Assembly (NCBI GenBank): GCA_028355575.1
Contig: JAOMSY010000001.1
Coordinates: 13,542-77,541, forward strand
DNA length: 64,000 bases
From: Francisellaceae bacterium
GTDB taxonomy: Bacteria; Pseudomonadota; Gammaproteobacteria; Francisellales; Francisellaceae
Direction of reading: 5' to 3'
Shown here: piece after piece, positions 1 to 10,638 of the stretch
Numbering within the stretch: the first letter of the stretch is position 1
How the letters are laid out: the number at the start of each line of letters is the position of its first letter
Position numbers and translations under genes: made by a program
The notes under the pieces: generated by a model
The model's database searches: none
Seen by the model: the letters and a program-made list of their open reading frames with translations, nothing else
What the model was told of the DNA's origin: nothing

Positions 1-4
1 TCCA

Positions 5-2557
5 ATGACGCAAAAACCAGTGCCAAACAAATATGTACTTTGGCCAACTGTATCAGCAGAAGTTCAAGCTTTTCCGGCAAGTGTTGCTGATAAATCTGAA
101 GGAGAATTAAAACCTTGTCCAGATTATAATAGTGCTGGTAAATGTAGCATTTCACAAACATTTCCAATTGTCATATCTGATACACTAAGGGCAAAAACTG
201 TATCTGAAATTACCAACGAGCGAATGTTAAGTTTAATTGAAGCTAAGAAGGTACAAGATGTTTCAGGTAATCCATCAGCAACATGGTTAGCAAAAGGAAC
301 AACAGATCAGCCAAGTCCATTGTTAAGTCCAGATGGTGCTGATGCTGTTAATGCAACACCGCAAAATTACTTGTCAGTCGCCATGACAGTTTCGGATGTT
401 TCAGCATTTAATAAGTCACCAGTCAGTTTAACGAATTATTTTGTTCTGCCACATAATCAGAAATCATCTATTACGTATAGTTTTGATTCAAGTTATCTAC
501 AAGTTGATCCTGATACATGGAAAAATTATCAGGCGTCATCGCAACCTATTACTGGCAGTGAGCCGCTTGTCCATATAACAGGAGTAGGGCAGGTAAGTGT
601 GATTCCTTGTAATCAGAAAAATTCAAATGCTTGTTTGTCAGCAGGACCTTTTTCAATTTCAGGTGATAGTTTGAAATTAGATAGTACAAAAGCGCTCTCT
701 GAAGGTGTCTATCAAATTAATATTCGTGCGAATGATTTAAATGGTAGTTCGGCGTTTAACACATTTTATATTTATGTCAGTCAAGATGGCACCACATATA
801 GCCAATGGCAATCAGGTATATTGCCAGACTTTAATGTTCTACATTATTCAGCAGGGCAGAAGTTTGGCACGGCATATCTCTATACATCATATGATTTCAC
901 CAAGTCTTATGCTCGCACAGATTGGGTAAACAGCATTAAAAACTTGATGGATGATTTGGGTGAGGCGAATGACAAATATCAAGCAAATATTATGGATGCG
1001 TTTGTTGATGTTAATAATTTAAGCTTTAGAGGTATGCAAGGATTCTGGCCTGTGGATACTTCTGTGAGTAATTATCAGCAAGGGAACGTTGTAAATACGA
1101 TTCAGCCAAACCAGATGATAACAAATTTGTCTGATACGACTTCTGAGCAGCCAGTTTATATGCTGTCAGAATTGCAAAATAGTTTATCGTCTTTTTCAGG
1201 GCAAGGTAATAACCCGTCTGTCGCATTAACGGTATATCCTTCGAATAATTTAAAAGCAAATTTTGCTGGATTTAATGAACAACAAAGGCATATTTTTGCT
1301 GATATGAGTATTATTCCTGCGCTAAATACAGACGTAGTGAATGGTATATCAGTTGACTTGGAAGGTGGCTTAAACTCAGTTGGTGATACTCAGTTTTATA
1401 AATTAGTTGCTGATAAGTTGGCTTATCAAGGTAAATGGTTCAGTTATTTTTATTTTATTACAGTGGCTTCCCCAGCATTCATGGCGTCTCTTGGCCCGTT
1501 AGGTGCACTAGAGGTTTCAACATATGATGTTGGTGTATTTAGGCCATCAGCTACTAGTTTTGATGTGAAAATGACTGATCCTAAAACTAAAAAATCATAT
1601 GGTCAGCAACCGGTTCCAGGTGTCTTATCAATGTCATCTGAGGATGATGCCAGTTCGCCTCCCCAGTATGTTGGTGGGTGGAGCAAAGAGAGTGTAACGG
1701 CATTATACACGGCGTTTTCTCAAGATGCTCGATGCAATGAATTTGATTTCCCAAATGGTGGGGGTGAGTATACATTGAAGATTCATAGTTGGTGTAACAA
1801 CTCTCCTGACATGTCATATTCCGAAAATAATCGTCTTTGGACAAGTCAAGTTCAGGCAGCAGGTTTGCCCTATGGGTCGCCAATCGAAAATATTAAATAT
1901 TTCAATGGTAAGTTTCATTTGGTTTTACCTGTATCTTGGAGTGCGACACAATTTACTGAAAACATTTTATTTAATCCTGATTTAACGCCTTCTGCTCCTG
2001 GTGCAAAACAAGCTGAAGGCTTATTTATGCAGGACCAAACTGCCAGTGTCTCGGACTGTGTGAATCAACCAAGCTTAAAACAGGCAACTAATTGTTTATT
2101 TGGGAATGTACAAATAAATAAACTGCCTTTGCAAAATATTTCTCAAGAAGAAGATCTGTCAAAGAATAATATCCCGCATATTGTAATTTCTAATTTACCT
2201 GGAACAACAAAGAATGCAGATGGCCAATGGACAGAAGTCGAGAGACAGCCTCAGGAAGGATATTTATACGCTAACTTTGGGTTATATGAAGATTTAAACA
2301 CAGGGCTTACAAAAAACAATCTGGTAGGTATAAGTGCATATGCATTAGAGAATTTTGAAAATGTGCCTGCCGCTGTAGCGGCAAATGCTCAATTAATTGA
2401 AGGCTCGCCTCCAAACGCAGCGATGCAAGTGCCATGGTATATAGGCTTTAAGCCAGGTTATGTTAAAGGTACTCAACTAACACCAGGTTATGATGCTGAA
2501 GAAATACAATCTATTTGGAGTGCATTTGGTAATATTGCCAAACAAATCGGTCAGTAG
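5..2557 (+). CDS. large hypothetical protein (850 aa), family not recognised; reading frame is open to the window edge so it may continue upstream
   Basis: Long uninterrupted ORF starting 4 nt from the window edge. No signal peptide or TM segment at the listed N-terminus. Only a weak NGISVDLEGG stretch resembles the GH18 DxxDxDxE motif. Confidence 0.5.
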   Translation: MTQKPVPNKYVLWPTVSAEVQAFPASVADKSEGELKPCPDYNSAGKCSISQTFPIVISDTLRAKTVSEITNERMLSLIEAKKVQDVSGNPSATWLAKGTTDQPSPLLSPDGADAVNATPQNYLSVAMTVSDVSAFNKSPVSLTNYFVLPHNQKSSITYSFDSSYLQVDPDTWKNYQASSQPITGSEPLVHITGVGQVSVIPCNQKNSNACLSAGPFSISGDSLKLDSTKALSEGVYQINIRANDLNGSSAFNTFYIYVSQDGTTYSQWQSGILPDFNVLHYSAGQKFGTAYLYTSYDFTKSYARTDWVNSIKNLMDDLGEANDKYQANIMDAFVDVNNLSFRGMQGFWPVDTSVSNYQQGNVVNTIQPNQMITNLSDTTSEQPVYMLSELQNSLSSFSGQGNNPSVALTVYPSNNLKANFAGFNEQQRHIFADMSIIPALNTDVVNGISVDLEGGLNSVGDTQFYKLVADKLAYQGKWFSYFYFITVASPAFMASLGPLGALEVSTYDVGVFRPSATSFDVKMTDPKTKKSYGQQPVPGVLSMSSEDDASSPPQYVGGWSKESVTALYTAFSQDARCNEFDFPNGGGEYTLKIHSWCNNSPDMSYSENNRLWTSQVQAAGLPYGSPIENIKYFNGKFHLVLPVSWSATQFTENILFNPDLTPSAPGAKQAEGLFMQDQTASVSDCVNQPSLKQATNCLFGNVQINKLPLQNISQEEDLSKNNIPHIVISNLPGTTKNADGQWTEVERQPQEGYLYANFGLYEDLNTGLTKNNLVGISAYALENFENVPAAVAANAQLIEGSPPNAAMQVPWYIGFKPGYVKGTQLTPGYDAEEIQSIWSAFGNIAKQIGQ

Positions 2558-2580
2558 GCTTTTAAGTATGCATGGAATAT

Positions 2581-3975
2581 TTAAGTAATTGATATTTTAA
2601 TAAGATCTTTCGGCTGACATTTGTATATATAAAGTAAAGTTAAGCTTAAGCCAATGGCATAGCATAATTGTGTTATGGCAAAGGCTGAATCAGGAATTAC
2701 AGAATGAAATGAAAGGTCGGATGTACCAGATAAGTACGCCAATACAATGCCGACCCAAGATATCGCAAATGCGCTTGAAAGTTGTATAACAGTACTAATT
2801 ATGACAGTTGCATCACCCATATGATCGTCATTATCAATCGCGTTATAAACACCTGCATTACTGATGATGGTGTAAGCGCCGAAGCAGGCACCTAAGCAGG
2901 CAAGGAGTGTTAAAAATACAATCAGGTTAAAATGAATAAATGTGAATGCAATACCTAAAAAAATTCCAATCATCAGCAAAAAAGTGATTAGATAAAATCG
3001 GTAAAAATGTAAGTAATTTAAGATGGTACCGACAGCTTTTTTAATTAACCAAGATGGGATAATAAATGCCATAGTGGCCAGACCAGACTCAAATGCACTA
3101 TAGCCTTGCTTGGTCTGTAAGTAGAGTGGGAATACAAACATCATTCCCATAATAGTAAGCCGTGATAATGTGCTGATGATGGTAAAGTATCTAAAACAGT
3201 CATTCTTGAGGATATGTAAATTAATGACGGCTTTATCTTCGAATTTCTTTGCATGCTTTAGGTATAAAAAGCCTAAGCAGATTGCTATGCACAGTGACAA
3301 CCATTTCCAGTATTGATGGATGTGTGAATCAAGTAATAAATCTACAAAAAGCATAAATGAAGCAATAGCAGTGCCTAATATTAAAAACCCTTTTATATCA
3401 AATTTTGATTGCGCCTTTGTTTGGCTGAAGTTAGGCAAGAAATAATAAACTAATATGATTGCTAAAATACCAACAGGTAGGTTGATAAAGAAAATAGCAC
3501 GCCATCCAATATAGGTTGTAATAAACCCGCCTAGACTCGGGCCTAGCATTGGGCCGATGGTAACAACCACAGCAATGACTGACATTGCAGCAATCATATT
3601 GCCTTTGAAGATACGCACCATGGCGAGCCGAGCAACAGGCATGGTGAAGGCACCAAACATCCCCTGTAGCGCTCTAAATATAACTAACATAACTAGGTTG
3701 GTTGAGAGTCCGCACGCTGCTGATGTTAAAATAAAACCTGTAACAGAAATTATCAATATTCTTTTCCCACCTAAACGGTCTGATAACCATGAGGACGCGG
3801 GGATAAATAAACCTAAGCTTAAAAGGTAAACAGTAATGGCAACTTTTAAGGTAATAGGGTTGATTTCAAAGCTATTCGCTATTTGAGGCAATGCGGTATT
3901 TAATGCTGAACCATCAATCAGCTCCATGAGCATGATTACACCGATGGTATAGGCGATAACTTTATTAGGTTTCAT
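2581..3975 (-). CDS. MFS transporter, DHA2/EmrB-like (multi-TM drug:H+ antiporter type)
   Basis: 464 aa, hydrophobic throughout. N-terminus LMELIDGSALNTALPQIA and the WLSDRLGGKR loop are typical of 14-TMS MFS exporters. Confidence 0.8.
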   Translation of the reverse strand: MKPNKVIAYTIGVIMLMELIDGSALNTALPQIANSFEINPITLKVAITVYLLSLGLFIPASSWLSDRLGGKRILIISVTGFILTSAACGLSTNLVMLVIFRALQGMFGAFTMPVARLAMVRIFKGNMIAAMSVIAVVVTIGPMLGPSLGGFITTYIGWRAIFFINLPVGILAIILVYYFLPNFSQTKAQSKFDIKGFLILGTAIASFMLFVDLLLDSHIHQYWKWLSLCIAICLGFLYLKHAKKFEDKAVINLHILKNDCFRYFTIISTLSRLTIMGMMFVFPLYLQTKQGYSAFESGLATMAFIIPSWLIKKAVGTILNYLHFYRFYLITFLLMIGIFLGIAFTFIHFNLIVFLTLLACLGACFGAYTIISNAGVYNAIDNDDHMGDATVIISTVIQLSSAFAISWVGIVLAYLSGTSDLSFHSVIPDSAFAITQLCYAIGLSLTLLYIYKCQPKDLIKISIT

Positions 3976-4038
3976 GGCGGGAATGAAATATGCTTATACT
4001 GGTTAGCATAAGCATTATATGGCTTGGTAGATATAAAT

Positions 4039-4284
4039 TTATTGTGCTTTTTTACAAGAAGTAGTATCGATAGTGCCTTGGCTCATGGTGAGCGAGCAGT
4101 AGTACTTTTCATTATTACATTCAGCTGTCCAGGTACTGCCGACTTCACTGGTTTGGTTGTTAGAAATTTTAATTTGATTTGGTGCACAACCAATTTCACC
4201 AGAGGTAATATCTTCACGTTGTTGATTGGTGACACACCCTGTTAGTAATGCAAGGATAGAGCTTGCGAGTAGTATTTTTTTCAT
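4039..4284 (-). CDS. small lipoprotein, unknown function
   Basis: MKKILLASSILALLTGC signal peptide with a lipobox (LTGC). Four further Cys residues lie in an 81 aa product. Confidence 0.6.
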   Translation of the reverse strand: MKKILLASSILALLTGCVTNQQREDITSGEIGCAPNQIKISNNQTSEVGSTWTAECNNEKYYCSLTMSQGTIDTTSCKKAQ

Positions 4285-4376
4285 GCGAATTGAGATTGGG
4301 TTATATGATCAGTAATTTAAGTAATAGTTCAATTCAGAATTGGTGTCTAATACGATTACTCAGATTTTTAATAATA

Positions 4377-5741
4377 TTAAATGATTTCAAAATAACGTTT
4401 CTTTTCCCAATCTGTTACTGCTTTTAAATGTTGCCTCCATTCCCAATTTCTTGTCTTAGTAAAATGATTCACAAAGTCACTACCAAACAATTCATGGGCA
4501 ATTTCTGATTGTTGCATTATATTGGATGCATCAATTAGGGTAGGACTTAATTTCACACCATTTTTATCTTCATAACCGTTGCCCGTAATTTGTGGTTCTG
4601 TTAGTTCAAGTTTATGTTTTATACCATATAAACCAGAGGCTAAAGCAGCAGACATAGCTAAGTAAGGGTTGGTGTCGGAGCCAGGTACTCGTAATTCAAT
4701 ACGCGTTGCTTTTTCTGATGCTGGTAATATTCTGGCGCAAACAGTACGGTTGTCGACACCCCAATTAACCGTTGTTGGTGCCCACATGCCTTCTACAAGG
4801 CGCTTATAACTATTTATGGTCGGTGCGTACATGGGAAGTATTTCAGGTAGGCAAAGTAATTGACCCGCTAAATAGTGCTTCATTGTTTTGCTCATATTGT
4901 TTGTATCATTTGCGTCAAAGAAGGTATTCTTACCATTTTGCCAAAGACTTTGATGAATATGTCCAGAACAGCCTGGCAATGTTTCGCATAGTTTGGCCAT
5001 AAAAGTAGGCATAATATTATGCTTTTGACCTATTTCTTTAATTCCGGTTTTAAATAAAATGGCTCTGTCTGCGGCATCAATTATTTTGCCATATAAAATT
5101 GCTGCTTCAAGCACACCGGGCCCTGTTTCGGTATGTAGGCCTTCAATTGGTACATCAAATTTTGCTAATAAATCATAAACATCATTAAAGAAATCCTGGT
5201 TTTGTGCAATTCTAATTAAAGAATAACCGAACATGCCAGGCGTGATGGGTTTTGCATTAATGTGACTTTTTTCATACAGACTGTCTGCATTTTCTCTAAA
5301 ATTAAACCATTCAAACTCTTGGCCGAACATGGCATCAAAACCCATGTCTTGGGCTTGTTGATCAATATTTCTTAACAATGTTCGTGGGCAAGCAAATAGT
5401 CCCTCTTTCTCTTTTCCCTTAAAATCAGCTAGAAAAAATGAAATGTTATTATCCCAGGGAACATTTCTATAGGTGTTGAAATCGATATATGCGTCTGAGT
5501 CAGGATAACCATTATGCCAACCAGAATAATCACAATTGTCATAACAAACGTCAGATGAATCCCATCCGAAAATAACACTGCAAAAACCAAATCCACTTTT
5601 TGCTGCACTACTAAATTTATCTTTATGAATGTATTTTCCCCGTAAAACGCCATCAATATCCGTAACAGCAACTTTTACCTTTGGGTTTTCACTTTGCAAA
5701 ACCTTCTGGATAATATTTTCTTCAATGTGAGTATGTGACAT
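4377..5741 (-). CDS. glutamine synthetase family protein (GlnA-like / gamma-glutamyl-amine ligase type)
   Basis: 454 aa with GS catalytic-domain features (FGQEFEWF, HTETGPGVLE, GCSGHIHQSLW, NSYKRL, RIELRVPGSDTNPYL). Confidence 0.75.
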   Translation of the reverse strand: MSHTHIEENIIQKVLQSENPKVKVAVTDIDGVLRGKYIHKDKFSSAAKSGFGFCSVIFGWDSSDVCYDNCDYSGWHNGYPDSDAYIDFNTYRNVPWDNNISFFLADFKGKEKEGLFACPRTLLRNIDQQAQDMGFDAMFGQEFEWFNFRENADSLYEKSHINAKPITPGMFGYSLIRIAQNQDFFNDVYDLLAKFDVPIEGLHTETGPGVLEAAILYGKIIDAADRAILFKTGIKEIGQKHNIMPTFMAKLCETLPGCSGHIHQSLWQNGKNTFFDANDTNNMSKTMKHYLAGQLLCLPEILPMYAPTINSYKRLVEGMWAPTTVNWGVDNRTVCARILPASEKATRIELRVPGSDTNPYLAMSAALASGLYGIKHKLELTEPQITGNGYEDKNGVKLSPTLIDASNIMQQSEIAHELFGSDFVNHFTKTRNWEWRQHLKAVTDWEKKRYFEII

Positions 5742-5985
5742 TAGGTACCCTTGTTTTTATAAGACATTTATATAATAGCTAATTAATTGTAATAATTGGT
5801 AGGTGATCACACTGTGGCTTAAATATGCTGCCAAGCATCATAAGCAGTCAGGCTGGTTTGCTCATAAACCTGTTTTTTATTGCATATGATAACTATACTA
5901 TTTGCAAAGTTAAATTTTGAAAATTAAACGATATTCTATAAGCTTATTACAGTTTGATTACCTATAACATATAAGGAAAGTTAGT

Positions 5986-8667
5986 ATGACGGATATTTCT
6001 CACTTGTCTGATGTTGATCCAGATGAAACTAAAGAGTGGCTCGCGGCGTTAGCCTCCGTAATTGAAGCAGAAGGTGCTGAGCGCGCCCAATATATAATGG
6101 GACAGCTACAAGGCAAAGCACAATCATTGGGCTTGATCTCTAGCTATAGCCAAATGAACACGAGTTATATGAACTCAATTCCAACAGACCAACAACCTGA
6201 ATATCCAGGTGATATTGAAGTTGAGAAAAAATTAGAAAGCGCGATTCGTTGGAATGCTGCCGTAATGGTAGCAAAAGCAAACAAAGCCGATGGTAGTTTA
6301 GGTGGCCATATTAGTACCGCAGCTGCCGATATGACAATGTACGAAGTCGGATTTAACCATTGCTGGAAAGCACCAAACGATAATGATTCAGGTGATTTAG
6401 TCTTTTTCCAAGGTCATAGTAGCCCAAGTATTTATGCGCGTGCATATCTTGAAGGTCGTTTAACTAACGAAGAAGCGAATAATTTTAGGCGTCAAGCTGT
6501 TGGTGAGCATGGGTTGGCTTCTTATCCACATCCCTGGTTGCATCCAAATTTTTGGCAGTTCCCGACTGTATCAATGGGTCTTGGGCCATTAATGGCAATT
6601 TACCAAGCGCGTTTTATGAAGTATTTAGACAATCGTGGGCTTGCTAATACTAAAGGCCGTAAAGTATGGGCTTATTGTGGTGATGGTGAAATGGATGAAC
6701 CAGAATCATTAGGCGCGTTAACACGTGCATCACGTGAAGGTTTAGATAATTTAATTTTTGTTATTAGTTGTAACCTACAGCGTTTAGATGGTCTGGTAAA
6801 TGGTAATGGTAAGATTATCCAAGAACTTGCATCTGTTTATGGTGGTGCCGGTTGGAATGTCGTTAAAGTTCTTTGGGGTGATCGCTGGGAAAAATTATTT
6901 GCTAAAGATAAAAATGGTCTTATCGCAAAACGCTTTGAAGAAATGAATGATGGTGAATTCCAAAACTGTCGTTCTCATGGCGGTAAATATATTCGCGAAA
7001 CAGTGTTCGGTGGGCATCCAGAGCTACGCGCAATGGTTGAAGATATGACTGACGATGAGCTGTGGAAGCTTAATCGTGGTGGTCATGATCCACGTAAAGT
7101 TTATGCTGCATATAACAAAGCAATGAACTCTGATAATGGCAAACCAACAGTTATCTTAATGCATACTGTTAAAGGTTATGGATTAGGAGAAACGGCTGAA
7201 GGTAAAAATATTGCACATAATGTTAAGAAGTTAAGTGTTGATGCGCTGACTTACTTAAGAAATCGTTTTAAATTACCAATTTCTGATGATGATGTAGAGA
7301 ACTATCGTTTCTATATGCCTCATGAAAATTCACCAGAGATGAAATATTTACATGGTCACCGTGAAAAATTAGGTGGCTACTTGCCTAAACGTATTGAAAA
7401 TAAAAATAAGTTAGCCATTCCTGATTATCAAGACTTTGCTAAAGCATTGCTTGGTGCAAGTGGGGATAGAGAACTTTCCACGACAACTGCTTTTGTTAGG
7501 GTGTTAGTTGCCTTAACTAAAAATAAAGAAATTGGTAAGCATGTTGTTCCAATTGTGCCAGATGAATCTAGAACATTTGGTATGGAAGGTTTATTTAGAC
7601 AACTTGGTATTTATAACCATGAAGGTCAAAAATATGTACCTGAAGATAAAGAACAGGTCATGTATTACAAAGAGTCTAAAGATGGTCAGATCTTGCAAGA
7701 AGGTATTAACGAAGCGGGTGCATTCAGTTCTTGGATTGCAGCAGCAACGGCTTATACTACTCATAGAACGCATATGATTCCATTCTATATTTACTACTCA
7801 ATGTTTGGCTTTCAGCGTATTGGAGATTTAGCTTGGGCTGCGGGTGATTTAATGGCGCGCGGTTTCTTGCTTGGTGGTACTGCAGGTCGTACAACATTGA
7901 ACGGTGAAGGTCTTCAGCATCAGGATGGTCATAGTCATATTCAGGCTGGCTTGATTCCAAACTGTGTGAGCTATGATCCGACGTATGCCTATGAAGTTGC
8001 CGTTATTATTCATGATGGTTTAAGACGTATGTACATTGATCATGAAAATGTGTTTTATTATTTAACTTTAATGAATGAAAACTATCCGCATCACGGCATG
8101 CCAGAAGGTTCTGAAGAAGGCATTCTTAAAGGAATGTACAAGCTTGTGAACCACGAAAAACCAAATGGTAAACAGCACGTTCAGTTAATGGGTTCAGGTA
8201 CGATTCTGCGTGAAGTAGAAGCAGCAGCTGAATTGCTTGAAGATGATTTTGGTGTAACAGCCGATGTTTGGAGTGTGACCAGTGCAAATGAACTGTATCG
8301 TGACGGTATGACAACTAAGCGTTGGAATCTGTTACATCCAGGTGAAACTGAAAAAGAAGCGTATATTACGCAACAATTAAAAGGTGCTGATGGTCCTGTG
8401 GTTATCTCTACTGACTATATTAAATTATATTCAGAGCAATTACGTGAGTTTGTTCCGAATCGTTTTGTTTCATTAGGAACAGATGGTTATGGACGTAGTG
8501 ACTCAAGAGAAAACTTGAGAACATTCTTTGAAGTAAATCGTTATTATGTTGCTTATGCAGCGCTTAAAGCATTGGCTGATGACGGAGTTATTCCAGTTAA
8601 AACGGTTAAAGAGGCAATGAAAAAATATAACATTGATCCTAATAAGCCAGAGCCAACAACAGTATAA
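5986..8667 (+). CDS. aceE: pyruvate dehydrogenase E1 component
   Basis: 893 aa homodimeric-type E1 (GGHISTAAA, YCGDGEMDEPES, NGEGLQHQDGHS). AAGGA-like RBS before the ATG. Followed by aceF and lpdA. Confidence 0.95.
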   Translation: MTDISHLSDVDPDETKEWLAALASVIEAEGAERAQYIMGQLQGKAQSLGLISSYSQMNTSYMNSIPTDQQPEYPGDIEVEKKLESAIRWNAAVMVAKANKADGSLGGHISTAAADMTMYEVGFNHCWKAPNDNDSGDLVFFQGHSSPSIYARAYLEGRLTNEEANNFRRQAVGEHGLASYPHPWLHPNFWQFPTVSMGLGPLMAIYQARFMKYLDNRGLANTKGRKVWAYCGDGEMDEPESLGALTRASREGLDNLIFVISCNLQRLDGLVNGNGKIIQELASVYGGAGWNVVKVLWGDRWEKLFAKDKNGLIAKRFEEMNDGEFQNCRSHGGKYIRETVFGGHPELRAMVEDMTDDELWKLNRGGHDPRKVYAAYNKAMNSDNGKPTVILMHTVKGYGLGETAEGKNIAHNVKKLSVDALTYLRNRFKLPISDDDVENYRFYMPHENSPEMKYLHGHREKLGGYLPKRIENKNKLAIPDYQDFAKALLGASGDRELSTTTAFVRVLVALTKNKEIGKHVVPIVPDESRTFGMEGLFRQLGIYNHEGQKYVPEDKEQVMYYKESKDGQILQEGINEAGAFSSWIAAATAYTTHRTHMIPFYIYYSMFGFQRIGDLAWAAGDLMARGFLLGGTAGRTTLNGEGLQHQDGHSHIQAGLIPNCVSYDPTYAYEVAVIIHDGLRRMYIDHENVFYYLTLMNENYPHHGMPEGSEEGILKGMYKLVNHEKPNGKQHVQLMGSGTILREVEAAAELLEDDFGVTADVWSVTSANELYRDGMTTKRWNLLHPGETEKEAYITQQLKGADGPVVISTDYIKLYSEQLREFVPNRFVSLGTDGYGRSDSRENLRTFFEVNRYYVAYAALKALADDGVIPVKTVKEAMKKYNIDPNKPEPTTV

Positions 8668-8684
8668 AGCAGGAGATTGATATA

Positions 8685-9540
8685 ATGGCATTAGAAGATA
8701 TTAAAGTTCCTGATATTGGTGAATACACTGATGTGGATGTTATCGAAATTAGCGTGAAGCCTGGTGATGTAATCAAAGAAGAAGATTCAATGATAACACT
8801 AGAGACTGATAAAGCATCCATGGAAATTCCAGCCCCTAAAGGTGGTGTGGTGAAAGAAGTTTGCGTCAATGTAGGTGATAAAATTTCTGAAGGTGGATTA
8901 GTTTTAAAATTAGAGACCGAAGGCGGTGGTTCAGCAGAAGCGCCTGCACAAGAAGCTGCGCCTGCACCGAGTCCTTCACCAGCATCGTCAGGTGGTGGTT
9001 CTGTCGTTGAAATAAAAGTACCAGACATTGGTGATTATAAAGATGTTGACGTTATTGAAGTCAACGTTAAACCAGGAGATGCAGTCAAAGAAGAAGATTC
9101 TTTAATCACTTTAGAGACAGATAAAGCATCAATGGAAATCCCATCTCCACAAGCGGGTATCGTCAAAGAAGTCGCTGTATCAGTGGGTGATAAAATCTCT
9201 GAAGGTGGATTAGTTTTAACCTTGACAACAGAGGGTGGCGCGTCTGAGTCTGCACCTGTAGAATCTGCTACGCCAGCTCCAAGCCCTGCACCTGTATCAG
9301 GTGGTGGTTCTGTTGAAGTAACTGTACCTGATATTGGTGATTATTCTGGGGTTGATGTTATTGAAGTTAACGTTAAAGTGGGTGATGACGTTAAAGAAGA
9401 AGATTCTTTAATCACGCTTGAAACAGACAAAGCTTCAATGGAAATTCCTTCACCGCAGTCTGGAAAAATTAAAGAATTGAAAGTAAATGTTGGGGATAAA
9501 GTCTCCCAAGGTGATTTAATATTAGTGTTAGAAGGATCAG
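8685..9540 (+). repeat. three tandem lipoyl-domain coding repeats (about 230 nt each, starting near 8685, 9003 and 9312) inside aceF
   Basis: Near-identical peptide blocks VPDIG.Y..VDVIE..VK.GD.VKEEDS.ITLETDKASMEIP repeated three times. Confidence 0.8.
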
Positions 9541-10571
9541 GAGGTGGTCAAGCTGCCGTGCCTACACCATCTTCAGCACCGCAAAAATCTGCGCCAGCAC
9601 CAAGTCCGGCGCCTCAAGCTTCAGCGCCTGTGAATGATTCATATAAAAATGAAAATGTGCATGCAGGTCCTGCTGTTCGTCGTTTAGCAAGAGTATTGGG
9701 TGTTGACTTGACTAAAGTTAGACCGTCTGGACGCAAAGGCCGTGTTACGAAAGAAGACTGTGAAGCATATATTAAAAATGCATTATCACAGATTCAATCA
9801 GGCGCTGTTCAAGCTAGTGGCGGTGGGGCAGGTTTAGATCTATTGCCTGATCCAAAAGTTGATTTTGCTAAGTTTGGTGAAGTTGAAGTTGAGCCATTAA
9901 CTAAGATTAATAAATTAAGTGCAAAAAACTTGCATCGTAACTGGGTGAAAATACCACACGTTACTTTTTATGATGATGCTGATATTACCGATATGGAAGA
10001 ATTCCGTAAAGCAAACAAAGCAGCAGCTGAAAAAGCAGGCGTTAAAGTTTCACCTCTGGCGTTTTTGGTTAAAGCCTCTGCCGTTGCATTACAAAGCTTT
10101 CCTCGTATAAACAGTTCACTATCAGAAGATGGTGAAAGCATTGTGAAGAAAAAGTATTTTCACATTGGTTTTGCTGCTGATACACCGAAAGGCTTAATTG
10201 TACCAGTGATTCGTGATGCTGATAAAAAAGGTATTTATCAAATTTCGACTGAAATGGCAGATCTAGTTGCACGTGGTCGTCAAGGTAAGGTTAAACCTGA
10301 CGAAATGAAAGGTGCAAGCTTTACAATTTCTAGCCTGGGAATATTAGGTACAACTGGCTTTACACCGATTATCAATATGCCAGAAGTTGCGATTTTGGGT
10401 GTATCTAAAACAGCAATTAAACCTGTTTGGAATGGTAAAGAATTTGTTCCTCGTTCTATGTTGCCACTGTCTCTTTCTGTTGATCACCGTGTGATTGATG
10501 GCGCTTTAGCGGCTAAGTTCATCACTCGTTTAAATCAGATATTGTCTGATCTTAGAGAGATGTTGTTATAA
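8685..10571 (+). CDS. aceF: dihydrolipoamide acetyltransferase (PDH E2) with three lipoyl domains
   Basis: Three LETDKASMEIP lipoyl-lysine motifs separated by Ala/Pro-rich linkers. Also a peripheral-subunit-binding domain (AGPAVRRLARVLGVDL) and a C-terminal catalytic DHRVIDGA motif. Confidence 0.95.
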   Translation: MALEDIKVPDIGEYTDVDVIEISVKPGDVIKEEDSMITLETDKASMEIPAPKGGVVKEVCVNVGDKISEGGLVLKLETEGGGSAEAPAQEAAPAPSPSPASSGGGSVVEIKVPDIGDYKDVDVIEVNVKPGDAVKEEDSLITLETDKASMEIPSPQAGIVKEVAVSVGDKISEGGLVLTLTTEGGASESAPVESATPAPSPAPVSGGGSVEVTVPDIGDYSGVDVIEVNVKVGDDVKEEDSLITLETDKASMEIPSPQSGKIKELKVNVGDKVSQGDLILVLEGSGGGQAAVPTPSSAPQKSAPAPSPAPQASAPVNDSYKNENVHAGPAVRRLARVLGVDLTKVRPSGRKGRVTKEDCEAYIKNALSQIQSGAVQASGGGAGLDLLPDPKVDFAKFGEVEVEPLTKINKLSAKNLHRNWVKIPHVTFYDDADITDMEEFRKANKAAAEKAGVKVSPLAFLVKASAVALQSFPRINSSLSEDGESIVKKKYFHIGFAADTPKGLIVPVIRDADKKGIYQISTEMADLVARGRQGKVKPDEMKGASFTISSLGILGTTGFTPIINMPEVAILGVSKTAIKPVWNGKEFVPRSMLPLSLSVDHRVIDGALAAKFITRLNQILSDLREMLL

Positions 10572-10638
10572 GAGGAAGTTTGAAAGCAATAAAATTGCCA
10601 ACTATTATTTTAGAATCGAAAAAGTAAAAGGATAAAAA

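Noticed and set aside
3557-3829. This and many other 60-120 aa ORFs nested antisense or out of frame in long genes (e.g. 13277-13561, 19343-19567, 27325-27594, 46701-47012, 52949-53209, 61934-62302)
   Set aside because: All lie wholly inside confidently assigned longer genes. They have no RBS or family signal and are expected by chance in AT-rich DNA.
4024-4245. Plus-strand 73 aa ORF overlapping the small lipoprotein gene
   Set aside because: The minus-strand frame has a textbook signal peptide and lipobox, and the plus-strand product has no recognisable features.
8639-9028. 129 aa minus-strand ORF antisense to the start of aceF
   Set aside because: It is a shadow frame of the Ala/Pro/Gly-rich lipoyl linkers, with a low-complexity translation (PPPDDAGEGLGAGAAS...). 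It is fully contained in a confidently assigned gene.
8685-9540. About 300-bp periodic repeats that could be read as a VNTR or mobile repeat
   Set aside because: They are the three lipoyl-domain modules of E2, a normal feature of gammaproteobacterial AceF.
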